A program made the translations under genes and the position numbers. From assembly GCA_964449585.1 (NCBI GenBank), contig CAYUZE010000002.1, positions 52,833 to 116,832 of the forward strand: a stretch of DNA of 64,000 nt. The letters are read 5' to 3'. Positions 1 to 8,529 of the stretch are shown piece by piece. Position 1 is the first letter of the stretch, and each line of letters opens with the position of its first letter. The DNA is from an uncultured Gammaproteobacteria bacterium. Lineage in GTDB: Bacteria > Patescibacteriota > Microgenomatia > UBA10105 > UBA927. A model generated the notes under the pieces. The model saw only the letters and a program-made list of their open reading frames with translations. It was not told the origin of the DNA and searched no databases.

Positions 1-131
1 TTCGCAGATCGCTCCTTTTTGATATTTATATCTTACTCAAGAGTCCCTGGGCCATGATTTCGGGCAAAGGGGCGGTGTAAAGGGGAGCGTATGGGGTTGA
101 CTTTTTCCCCCCAACACCCGACAATAATTCC

Positions 132-2099
132 ATGGTTGAAGAACTCAAAAAAATTACGGTTGATACCAAACCCGATCCCATGATGCCGAAACCGAAAAAG
201 AAATTCCGTGCCGCATATGTCCTGATCCCGTTGGGGATTATCGTAGCCTTTGTCGCCATTGTGGGAGTGATGTTGCTTCCGCTGAGGGGGGTCATGGCGA
301 AGGCCAAAGACGTGGCGGCCATCGGTAGACAAACGGCGGAATCCCTCAAAAACCAGGATCTTGCCGCAACCAAGGACGGGTTAGCCAAAACCCGCGTGTC
401 GTTCACCGCACTTTCCGACGAATACAAAAAAGTGATGCCGCTTTCGTATGTGCCGTTTCTCGGTGCCTACATCAAAGACGGCGATCACGGGATCAAGGCG
501 GGATTTGCCGCATTAGATGCCGCAGATCGTGCGATCGAGGCGTTGGAACCCAATGCCGACTTACTGGGATTTACCGGCGGGAGTAAATTCGTACAGGGAT
601 CCGCCGATGAGCGCATCCAGGTGGCGGTCAAGACCATGAAGGCGTTAACCCCCAAGATCAACGAAATGTCCACCGCCATCGATATCCTGCGCAAGGAAAT
701 CGATCAAATCGATCCGAACAGATACCCAACCAAGGTGGGCAAGACGGTTGTGAGGGCGCGACTTGTCGAGATGAAGGACGTCATCGATAACGCCGCAAAC
801 CTTTTTGTGAACGCCCAACCGCTCTTAGTCAATCTTCCGGCTATGTTGGGAGAGCCTTCCATGCGCCGATATCTTGTCCTTTTCCAAAACGACAAAGAGC
901 TTCGCTCCACCGGCGGATTTTTGACGGCATATGCTGTCTTCCGCATCGAAAAAGGGAAAATGATTCTTGAGAAGGCGACCAATATCTATGATTTGGATGA
1001 CGCATTGAAAAAGAAATTCCCCGCCCCGCGTGAGATTACGACGTTTCACAAGAACGTCTATAACCTCTATATCCGTGACAGCAACCTGAGTCCCGACTAC
1101 AAGGTTTCCATGCAGAAGTTTTTGGAAATGTATGAAACCGCGGCGGGGGTTGAAGATGTTGACGGCATCATCGCCGTTGACACCCATGTGTTGGTGGAAG
1201 CGTTAAAGATACTGGGCCCTGAAACCATCGGGGGACGCGTGTTTTCAGCCGATACCGATAAACGCTGTGATTGTCCGAGAGCGGTATATGAACTGGAAGA
1301 CTATTCGACCCGTCCGGTGAACTACGTCCGAACGGAACGCAAAGACATCATCGGCATTCTGCTCCAACAGCTCATGCAAAAAGCGCTCGGGGTGTCTCCT
1401 TCGCAATACTGGGGCAAACTGTTCCAGATGTTGCTTGCCGAAGTGAACGAAAAGCATGTCTTGGCATTCCTCATAAAGCCAGAAGAACAGAAAGCGGCCG
1501 AAAGCTTTAACATGGCCGGTCGTATCATGACGGCCTCCGAAACGGCCGCACTCCTTGCCTACAAAGAAAATGCAGGATGGGATTATGTCCACGTCAATAA
1601 CAGCAACATGGCGGGCGCAAAATCCAACATGTTCGTGAGTGAAAAGGTCACCAAGGATGTCACCGTGAACGGTTCTACGGTAACAACCAAACTTACCGTC
1701 GACTATAAAAACCCGTATAAGGGGAGCGACTGCGGCTTGGAAAGCGGAGGACTCTGTCTTAACGCGCCGCTTCGGAACTGGGTGCGTGTCTATGCGCCCG
1801 AAGGAAGTAAGCTTGTCGAAAGCAAGGGAATCATCTCACCTACCGACGGCAAGGCAAAACCCATGGACACCTATAACGATCTCGGAAAGACCGTGTTTGA
1901 AGGATTCCTGATCGTCAATCCGTTGGGAACCGCGCGTATGGAACTTACCTATACCTCGGAAATCAAATCAGACGACGGGAAATACCGGCTTCTTATTCAA
2001 AAACAGCCGGGCACCGACGGACAGGAATGGGTCATCCGATTGGGCGGCAAAGACCGAAAGAAAATCATCCTGGATACCGATACTGAAGTAACGCTCTAA
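132..2099 (+). CDS. DUF4012-family membrane-anchored protein
   Basis: 655-aa ORF with an N-terminal hydrophobic helix (IPLGIIVAFVAIVGVMLLPL). The internal segment 'RYLVLFQNDKELRSTGGFLTAYAVF' matches the DUF4012 signature as I recall it. No search was run. Confidence 0.55.
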   Translation: MVEELKKITVDTKPDPMMPKPKKKFRAAYVLIPLGIIVAFVAIVGVMLLPLRGVMAKAKDVAAIGRQTAESLKNQDLAATKDGLAKTRVSFTALSDEYKKVMPLSYVPFLGAYIKDGDHGIKAGFAALDAADRAIEALEPNADLLGFTGGSKFVQGSADERIQVAVKTMKALTPKINEMSTAIDILRKEIDQIDPNRYPTKVGKTVVRARLVEMKDVIDNAANLFVNAQPLLVNLPAMLGEPSMRRYLVLFQNDKELRSTGGFLTAYAVFRIEKGKMILEKATNIYDLDDALKKKFPAPREITTFHKNVYNLYIRDSNLSPDYKVSMQKFLEMYETAAGVEDVDGIIAVDTHVLVEALKILGPETIGGRVFSADTDKRCDCPRAVYELEDYSTRPVNYVRTERKDIIGILLQQLMQKALGVSPSQYWGKLFQMLLAEVNEKHVLAFLIKPEEQKAAESFNMAGRIMTASETAALLAYKENAGWDYVHVNNSNMAGAKSNMFVSEKVTKDVTVNGSTVTTKLTVDYKNPYKGSDCGLESGGLCLNAPLRNWVRVYAPEGSKLVESKGIISPTDGKAKPMDTYNDLGKTVFEGFLIVNPLGTARMELTYTSEIKSDDGKYRLLIQKQPGTDGQEWVIRLGGKDRKKIILDTDTEVTL

Positions 2100-2106
2100 G
2101 CTCTTC

Positions 2107-2676
2107 ATGACCGCTCCTCGGGTATATAAGGCGGAGGGGATAATCCTCAAACGGAAAAATATCGGTGAAGCCGATAGGATACTCACTGTTTTTACCAGAG
2201 AATACGGCAAGCTCCGGGCAGTCGCCAAGGGGATTCGCAAAACGAGTAGCCGGAGAGCCTCACATCTGGAAGTCTTTAATCGGGTAAGCGTCGTATTGCA
2301 TGTGGGGAAAACCTTTGATCATCTTTCGGAAGTAACCACCATTGAACCCTACGAGCAGTTGAGAAGCGATTTGGCACGGGTGAGTATGGCATATTACATT
2401 GCCGAACTTATCGATAGTTTGCTTCCCGAGCGTCAGGAACAGGCGGATGTTTTTGTGCTTTTTTGTAACGCCATGGAATCGATTCGGAGCGGGGCGGTTT
2501 CCGGTATCTATAAAACGGGAAAGGATTTTACGCTTTCGCTGTTGTGGACGTTGGGATTTTTGCCCGAAGGCAAGGTGCTAACGGGACAGAAACTGCAGGA
2601 TTTTATAGAAACAATCACCGAACGGCGGATCAAAAGCACCGATTTTGCGAAATTGTTGATAGCGCGAAAGGCTTGA
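2107..2676 (+). CDS. recO: DNA repair protein RecO
   Basis: 189 aa. The N-terminus 'EGIILKRKNIGEADRILTVFTREYGKLRAVAKGIRK' matches the RecO N-terminal OB-fold consensus. recO-glyQS adjacency occurs in Firmicutes (era-recO-glyQS). Confidence 0.8.
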   Translation: MTAPRVYKAEGIILKRKNIGEADRILTVFTREYGKLRAVAKGIRKTSSRRASHLEVFNRVSVVLHVGKTFDHLSEVTTIEPYEQLRSDLARVSMAYYIAELIDSLLPERQEQADVFVLFCNAMESIRSGAVSGIYKTGKDFTLSLLWTLGFLPEGKVLTGQKLQDFIETITERRIKSTDFAKLLIARKA

Positions 2677-2699
2677 CGGGGAGTATTGCTTGGGTTAGA

Positions 2700-2846
2700 C
2701 TGAACAGGAAACGCGATGATCCCGCCGGCACCGGAGGAGCGATATAACATAAATGAAGCTGTCCCGCCGCGGCGGGAAAGTAGGGTGGAACCGTCCAAAG
2801 ATGTAATGGACCCCTATCACAATAGTATTGTGGTGGGGGATTTTTT
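2700..2846 (+). promoter_or_regulatory. T-box riboswitch leader for glyQS (Gly specifier)
   Basis: Conserved T-box sequence 'AAGTAGGGTGGAACCG' at 2778-2793, followed by an intrinsic terminator (interrupted stem 2811-2840 plus TTTTTT 2841-2846). SD AGGAGG at 2849-2854 and ATG at 2860. A GGC codon lies in the upstream stem region (ccgccGGCaccgg). A candidate promoter TTGACG(2673-2678)-17-TAGACT sits upstream. Confidence 0.6.
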
Positions 2847-2859
2847 ATAGGAGGCATAT

Positions 2860-4239
2860 ATGGCAACGCTCGATGAAATTACCAGTCTGTGTAAAAGGCG
2901 CGGGTTTGTGTATCCGACAAGCGAGATATACGGGGGGCTGATGAGTTCGTATGATTACGGTCCGTTAGGCACCGAGCTTTTGCGCAATATCAGAAATGCC
3001 TGGTGGGATACGTTTATCCGCGACCGGAGCGATATGGTGGGACTTGATTCACAGATTTTACTGCATCCCGAAACCTGGGTGGCGTCAGGACATGTGGGAT
3101 CGTTCAGTGATCCGCTGGTTGAGGACGCCAAAACCCACAAACGGTTCCGTGCGGATCATGTCATCGAGGCATGGCAAAAGGAACATCCTGAAGATACGAC
3201 CGTGGTTGAAGACTTAACCGTAGAGCAGATGGGCGAATTTATCAAAGCGCACGGTATCAAAAGTCCCGACGGGAACCCGCTTTCGCAACCCAAGCAGTTT
3301 AACTTGCTCTTTGAGACCAAGTTAGGTGTGGTGGAAGGCGAAAAGTCCAAGCTCTACCTTCGCGGGGAGACGGCGCAGGGGATATTTACCAATTTCAAAA
3401 ACATCATTAACTCGAACAGGGTAACGCTTCCGTTCGGTGTGGGACAGATCGGGAAGTCATTTCGTAACGAGATTACGACGGGTCAATTTATTTTCCGGAC
3501 GCTTGAGCTGGAGCAGGGAGAGATCGAATACTTCTTTGATCCCGAAACCACTCATTGGGAAGCATTGTTTAAATCCTGGCAGGATGCTATGTGGCATTTT
3601 GTCACCAAGAAAATGGGGATTAAGGAAGAAAATGTCAGATGGCGACGCCATACGGATAAAGAACGAAGCTTCTACAGTAAGGAAACTTACGATCTGGATT
3701 ACCAATTTCCGTTCGGATGGAAAGAACTGTGGGGGATCGCCTATCGAACCGACTATGACCTTACGCAACAAGCCAAGCATTCGGGTGCGGATCTTTCCTG
3801 GGTGGATTCCGCAACGGGCAGAAAATTTGTGCCGCATGTGATCGAGCCTGCAGTAGGGATCAACCGGTTGTTTTTGATGGTCCTTGCCGATTCGTACGAA
3901 CAGCAGGAAAAGCGTATCGTCCTGCATCTTTCTCCGACACTCGCGCCGTATAAGGTTGCCGTGTTCCCGCTGGTGGCCAATAAACCCGATTTGGTAGCCA
4001 AAGCGCGTGAAGTGCACGATATGCTCAAAAAACATATGTCGGTCGCGTGGGACGAGCGGGGCAATATCGGAAAACGCTACCTGTCGCAGGATGAGGCGGG
4101 AACCCCGTGGTGCGTCACCATCGATTATGGTACGCTAGAAAACGGGATGGTAACCGTGCGTGACCGCGACACCATGTTGCAGGATCACGTGAACGTTTCC
4201 GATCTTTTAGTCTATTTTCAGCAAAAGCTGGGAGCATAA
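2860..4239 (+). CDS. glyQS: glycine--tRNA ligase, dimeric class II form
   Basis: 459 aa. The N-terminus 'RRGFVYPTSEIYGGLMSSYDYGPLGTELLRNIRNAWW' is characteristic of GlyQS. Canonical RBS spacing. Confidence 0.9.
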   Translation: MATLDEITSLCKRRGFVYPTSEIYGGLMSSYDYGPLGTELLRNIRNAWWDTFIRDRSDMVGLDSQILLHPETWVASGHVGSFSDPLVEDAKTHKRFRADHVIEAWQKEHPEDTTVVEDLTVEQMGEFIKAHGIKSPDGNPLSQPKQFNLLFETKLGVVEGEKSKLYLRGETAQGIFTNFKNIINSNRVTLPFGVGQIGKSFRNEITTGQFIFRTLELEQGEIEYFFDPETTHWEALFKSWQDAMWHFVTKKMGIKEENVRWRRHTDKERSFYSKETYDLDYQFPFGWKELWGIAYRTDYDLTQQAKHSGADLSWVDSATGRKFVPHVIEPAVGINRLFLMVLADSYEQQEKRIVLHLSPTLAPYKVAVFPLVANKPDLVAKAREVHDMLKKHMSVAWDERGNIGKRYLSQDEAGTPWCVTIDYGTLENGMVTVRDRDTMLQDHVNVSDLLVYFQQKLGA

Positions 4240-4248
4240 GGAGGACCT

Positions 4249-4728
4249 ATGCAAGCACTTATGAAACATAAAATGACCCTGTTATACGCAACATTGGCGA
4301 TTCTCGTGGTTGTCACGGGAGTCGTCGTCTATAAAGTGGTGGCGCCGTCTGCAGAACCCGCCCCGGTTCCTGAGGAAGAAGTAGTGGAAAACCTTCCCGA
4401 AGCGGATGCCTCGATCGTTGTTGATGCAAGTTTCAGCAAGGTCAAAGACAATACGGTCGTACTCAAGGTGAGTGCCTTGGGAAGCAAATATACCACGGTG
4501 GGCTACGAGTTAACCTATGATAGCCAGGGGCTTATCAAGGGAGTGAATTCGGGAAGCAAACCGGTGGAAGTGGCGGGACAGGACGGATTTGAACGGGAAG
4601 TGTACTTGGGGACCTGTTCACGTAACGTGTGTAAGCCTGATTTGGGCGTGACCAAGGTCACGATTGTCATGGAATTTACGGATACAGCGGGAAAAAAGAG
4701 TCAGTTTAGTAAGGATTTTGATCTGTAA
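4249..4728 (+). CDS. hypothetical membrane-anchored protein
   Basis: 159-aa ORF with one N-terminal TM helix (LLYATLAILVVVTGVVVY) and no recognisable motif. Immediately followed by a strong terminator. Confidence 0.5.
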   Translation: MQALMKHKMTLLYATLAILVVVTGVVVYKVVAPSAEPAPVPEEEVVENLPEADASIVVDASFSKVKDNTVVLKVSALGSKYTTVGYELTYDSQGLIKGVNSGSKPVEVAGQDGFEREVYLGTCSRNVCKPDLGVTKVTIVMEFTDTAGKKSQFSKDFDL

Positions 4729-4750
4729 CACAGAATTTTGCGAGACGATT

Positions 4751-4779
4751 AAAAACCCACCAATCGGTGGGTTTTTTGT
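4751..4779 (+). terminator. rho-independent terminator
   Basis: A-tract, then stem CCCACC(4756-4761), loop aatc, GGTGGG(4766-4771), then TTTTTT (4772-4777). Ends the recO-glyQS-ORF unit upstream of mraZ. Confidence 0.7.
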
Positions 4780-4917
4780 TTGCTCATTTATTTCCGCTTG
4801 CCTCTGCGCCTGATTCATTTCACACCATGGTGGGGAAAACCCGTGAAACACCCCTTGACACGGCGTGAAAAATGGGTAACTATGGATATTAGTGGGAAGA
4901 AGTGGTAGATTAGAGTC

Positions 4918-5319
4918 ATGAATTTGTTCCTGGGGGAATACGAACACAGCTTGGATGATCGGGCCCGCGTGACGCTCCCGAGAAAGATACGGCAAGAGAT
5001 AACCGGTGAGGAAGTGGTACTGGCCAGAGGGTACGAGGGATGTATTTTCGGATTTGATAAGGAAAGTTGGGAACGCGAAGCGGGAAAGCACCTTGACACA
5101 CCGGTAACCGATGAAAAAGGGAGACAAGTACGAAGGTACCTGTTTGCCGGAGCCCAAAAGGTCGAAATTGATAAGTTGGGGCGGATATTACTGCCCGCAC
5201 AACTTAAAGACCACGGCCAGATTAAGCGGGAACTCAAAGTCATCGGAGCCGGAGACCATTTTGAGATTTGGGATACGGCGCGTTGGGAAGCGTATGCCAA
5301 GGATCTCGGAACCGTATGA
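4918..5319 (+). CDS. mraZ: transcriptional regulator MraZ
   Basis: 133 aa starting 'MNLFLGEYEHSLDDRARVTLPRKIRQE', the MraZ signature. First gene of the dcw cluster. Its stop overlaps the rsmH start (ATGA). Confidence 0.85.
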   Translation: MNLFLGEYEHSLDDRARVTLPRKIRQEITGEEVVLARGYEGCIFGFDKESWEREAGKHLDTPVTDEKGRQVRRYLFAGAQKVEIDKLGRILLPAQLKDHGQIKRELKVIGAGDHFEIWDTARWEAYAKDLGTV

Positions 5320-6215
5320 GGACACACCACATATCGGTTTTGAGAGACGAAGCAATCGCCGCCCTGAATGTTACGGCTGGGAAACAATACATTGATGCGA
5401 CGGTAGGCGCCGGGGGACATGCTTCGGAAATCATAAAAAGAGGAGGAGTGCTCTTGGGTATCGATCAGGATACGACGGCACTCGAATTGGCAAGAGAACG
5501 ACTGGACAACGAACACGCGACGGGAACATTTACATTGGTACACGGGAACTTTCGGGAAATCGTAAGACTCGCACGCGAGCACGGGTTTAACGAAGTTTCG
5601 GGAATTTTGTTTGATCTTGGGGTATCGAGTATGCAGTTAGATACACCCGAGCGGGGAATGAGCTTTCGGTTCACCGATGCTCCCCTTGACGGACGTATGG
5701 ATCCGTCAGGAGGAGACACTGCTGCCCAATTGGTTAACCGAAGTACGGAAAACGAACTCTATGACATTTTTAGTAACTATGGCGAAGAACAGTTGGCTCG
5801 CACAATTGCTCACGCTTTTGTCGGCGCCCGTTCGATAAAGCCCATTACCACCGTGGGTGATGTGGTGAAAATTATCGAAACGATCGTGCCGGGAGAAGAA
5901 CAGAGACACGGGGTTTTGGCAAGAGTATTTCAGGGAATGCGGATTGCGATAAACGATGAACTAGGAAGCTTACGGGAGGGACTAACCGGCGCAAAAGAGC
6001 TGCTGGTTCCGGGAGGGAAACTGGTCGTTATCAGTTTCCATTCGCTCGAGGACCGCATCGTGAAGTTATTTATGCGGAAAGCCGGGTGGGAAGTGGAAAC
6101 GGTACATCCCATACGGCCGACCGATGAAGAAGCGGAAAACAACCGGAGAAGCCGAAGTGCAAAATTACGAATAGCAACAAAACAAAACCATGAAACGCCT
6201 GCTACGAATCGCTGA
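5316..6215 (+). CDS. rsmH: 16S rRNA (cytosine1402-N4)-methyltransferase RsmH/MraW
   Basis: Starts at the ATG at 5316 that overlaps the mraZ stop. 'HISVLRDEAIAALNVTAGKQYIDATVGAGGHASEI' matches the RsmH SAM-binding N-terminus. The ORF-track start at 5268 lies inside mraZ. Confidence 0.9.
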   Translation: MRTHHISVLRDEAIAALNVTAGKQYIDATVGAGGHASEIIKRGGVLLGIDQDTTALELARERLDNEHATGTFTLVHGNFREIVRLAREHGFNEVSGILFDLGVSSMQLDTPERGMSFRFTDAPLDGRMDPSGGDTAAQLVNRSTENELYDIFSNYGEEQLARTIAHAFVGARSIKPITTVGDVVKIIETIVPGEEQRHGVLARVFQGMRIAINDELGSLREGLTGAKELLVPGGKLVVISFHSLEDRIVKLFMRKAGWEVETVHPIRPTDEEAENNRRSRSAKLRIATKQNHETPATNR

Positions 6216-6513
6216 AATACTTCTGCCCATTACCGCTATCGTCCTTCTTATCGTCCAGGTCATCATCTCCAATGAACTTGCCACACTCGGCAAAAAAATG
6301 GCTTCTCTTGATCACGACGTCCGCATAGAGAATGAGGCTCGTGAATCACTTACCATAGCCGTTGCCTCCGCCTCGTCGTTGTTACAGCTTCGTGAACGCG
6401 CGCTAGCCGAAGGATTCGTCGAGCCTACCACCAAACAGATTCTTAACCTATCGTTACAGGTACCGGTCGCATTGGATACCGGTCATAACGCGCTACTTAC
6501 CCCGGTACAGTAG
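6190..6513 (+). CDS. ftsL: cell division protein FtsL-like (small bitopic coiled-coil protein)
   Basis: 107 aa, one TM helix followed by a predicted coiled-coil segment. It sits between rsmH and ftsI, the canonical FtsL position. Confidence 0.6.
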   Translation: MKRLLRIAEILLPITAIVLLIVQVIISNELATLGKKMASLDHDVRIENEARESLTIAVASASSLLQLRERALAEGFVEPTTKQILNLSLQVPVALDTGHNALLTPVQ

Positions 6514-6537
6514 TGCTGTCCGTGGTAGGATAATGGA

Positions 6538-8223
6538 ATGGGCACTACACAGCGTCGCTCCTCACTGCTTTTTACCTTGTTTGCGATCGGATTCTCGCTG
6601 GTTATCATGCGTCTTTTTTACTGGCAGATTATTTCGGGAGCAAGGCTCCAAAAAGCCGCCGCCAATCAGCACTTCATACAATTTACGGTTCCCGCCGCCC
6701 GCGGCGAAATTCTGGACAGCAAATACGCACCGATTGTGGTAAATCAGCCCGCCTATGTGGTGTACGGCGAGCCGAGAACCATCACGGATGTCCGGGATTT
6801 TTCGGAAAAGGTGGCCAAAATTTTAGGACTTGATCCCGTCAAGATGGCGACGGATTTATCCGATACAGCCCGGGGGTGGGTGCCGTTTGCCCCCAACGTC
6901 GAACTGCCCGTGGTAACCGAGCTCAAGGCGTTACAATTAAGCGGTTTGGGATTTGAGAAAGAACCAAAGCGGTTTTATCCCGAGGCTTCGACGGCGGCTC
7001 ACCTCACGGGGTTTGTGGGGAGCGATGTCAACGGTTCGGACAAAGGGTACTTTGGTCTGGAAGGGTATTACGATAGACAGCTCCGCGGTATAGACGGTTC
7101 CCGAAGACTCGAAAAAGACGCCCACGGTGCCCCTATCCTTATCAGTCAGGAAGATCGGATATCGCCCGAGGATGGACGCACCTTGGTGTTATGGATGGAT
7201 AAAGTGGTGCAACAGATCGTGGAACGGCGACTTAAGGAAGGCATGGAACGGTACGGGGCGAAGGAAGGCAACATCGTGGTCATGGATCCTTCTACCGGAG
7301 GCATTCTTGCCATGGCGGCATTCCCCAACTATGACGCACGGAATTTTTCAGCGTTTGATAAATCCCTATACAAAAATCCCATTGTGGGAAGTTCGTTTGA
7401 GCCAGGAAGTACGTTTAAGGCTCTCATTATGGCCTCGGCTATTGATGAAAACCTGGTTGAGCCCGATACCGTCATGGACGAAGACGCGCCGGTTGAAGTG
7501 GGACCGTATAAAATCCGCACCTGGAATAACCAATATCACGGCAAAATAACGATGACCCAGGTGCTTGAGTACTCCAGTAACGTCGGTATGGTCTATGTGG
7601 CGAAAAAATTAGGCAAGGATAAACTCATAAGCGCGATTAAAAAATACGGCTTCGGCAAGATAACGCGCATAGACCTTGAGGACGAGGCCTCTCCCGATCT
7701 GCGTGCCGATAAAGAGTGGGGTGAAGTCGACCAATATACCGCATCGTTCGGCCAGGGTATCGCGGTAACTCCCGTGCAGATGGTACGCGCAATAGCCGCG
7801 CTCGCCAACGGCGGAAAGCTCATGGAGCCGCATGTTGTGAAGGAAATACGGGAAGCAACGGGAAAAACCATCACCATCCCGCCCAAAACGGTGCAACAGG
7901 TGCTCAAGCCGGAAACCGCGCGGATTGTCACCGAAATGATGGTGGCGGCCGTCGATAACGGTGAAGCGAAATGGGCAAAACCCAAAGGCTATCGGGTCGC
8001 GGGGAAAACCGGAACGGCACAGATCCCCATTGCAGGGCATTACGATGCTACAAAAACCATCGCTTCATTTGTGGGGTTTGCTCCCGCAGATAATCCGCGC
8101 TTTGTTATGTTGGTGACGCTTCGCGAGACCACGAGTTCTCCCTGGGGATCGGAGACCGCCGCACCGCTGTTTTTTACGATTGCGCGTGATCTGTTCACGT
8201 ACTGGGGAATTCCTCCTCAGTAA
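6538..8223 (+). CDS. ftsI: peptidoglycan D,D-transpeptidase FtsI (class B PBP)
   Basis: 561 aa with an N-terminal TM helix. Transpeptidase motifs STFK, SSN and KTGT are present. Position after ftsL. Confidence 0.9.
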   Translation: MGTTQRRSSLLFTLFAIGFSLVIMRLFYWQIISGARLQKAAANQHFIQFTVPAARGEILDSKYAPIVVNQPAYVVYGEPRTITDVRDFSEKVAKILGLDPVKMATDLSDTARGWVPFAPNVELPVVTELKALQLSGLGFEKEPKRFYPEASTAAHLTGFVGSDVNGSDKGYFGLEGYYDRQLRGIDGSRRLEKDAHGAPILISQEDRISPEDGRTLVLWMDKVVQQIVERRLKEGMERYGAKEGNIVVMDPSTGGILAMAAFPNYDARNFSAFDKSLYKNPIVGSSFEPGSTFKALIMASAIDENLVEPDTVMDEDAPVEVGPYKIRTWNNQYHGKITMTQVLEYSSNVGMVYVAKKLGKDKLISAIKKYGFGKITRIDLEDEASPDLRADKEWGEVDQYTASFGQGIAVTPVQMVRAIAALANGGKLMEPHVVKEIREATGKTITIPPKTVQQVLKPETARIVTEMMVAAVDNGEAKWAKPKGYRVAGKTGTAQIPIAGHYDATKTIASFVGFAPADNPRFVMLVTLRETTSSPWGSETAAPLFFTIARDLFTYWGIPPQ

Positions 8224-8230
8224 CATAGAG

Positions 8231-8453
8231 CGCTGACCACTTTGGGACAAAACCTGCGGTTTTTTCCCAACGATTTTCCCTTCAGATGAACGATTGTGGA
8301 AGAGGCTTCCTCGGGCGCTGACCACTTTGGGACAAAACCTGCGGTTTTTTCCCAACGATTTTCCCTTCAGATGAACGATTGTGGAAGAGGCTTCCTCGGG
8401 CGCTGACCACTTTGGGACAAAACCTGCGGTTTTTTCCCAACGATTTTCCCTTC
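8231..8453 (+). repeat. tandem 85-bp direct repeat, 2.6 copies (8231-8315, 8316-8400, 8401-~8453), each carrying a conserved imperfect hairpin
   Basis: Units 1 and 2 are identical over all 85 bp; unit 3 is identical for 53 bp and then diverges. Each unit contains GGGACAAAACC-tgc-GGTTTTTTCCC, an 11-bp stem with one C.T mismatch. A diverged single copy occurs at 63021-63105. Confidence 0.9.
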
Positions 8454-8493
8454 CACCGGATGAAACAGGCGTGGGCGCTTTGAGCGTGCTTTT

Positions 8494-8522
8494 TTGCTCT
8501 TGTCGGCTTACTTTCGGTATAA
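8494..8522 (+). promoter_or_regulatory. candidate sigma70-type promoter for murE (leaderless or near-leaderless)
   Basis: TTGCTC(8494-8499) - 17 nt - perfect TATAAT(8517-8522), with the murE ATG at 8530 only 7 nt downstream. Confidence 0.35.
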
Positions 8523-8529
8523 TAGCCTC

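Noticed and set aside
5268-5315. Longer RsmH N-terminus starting at 5268
   Set aside because: It lies inside mraZ. The ATG at 5316 overlapping the mraZ stop gives the conserved RsmH N-terminus.
8231-8485. Possible CRISPR array
   Set aside because: Units are 85 bp, directly abutting and identical, with no unique spacers and no cas genes nearby. Interpreted as a tandem repeat or structured element instead.
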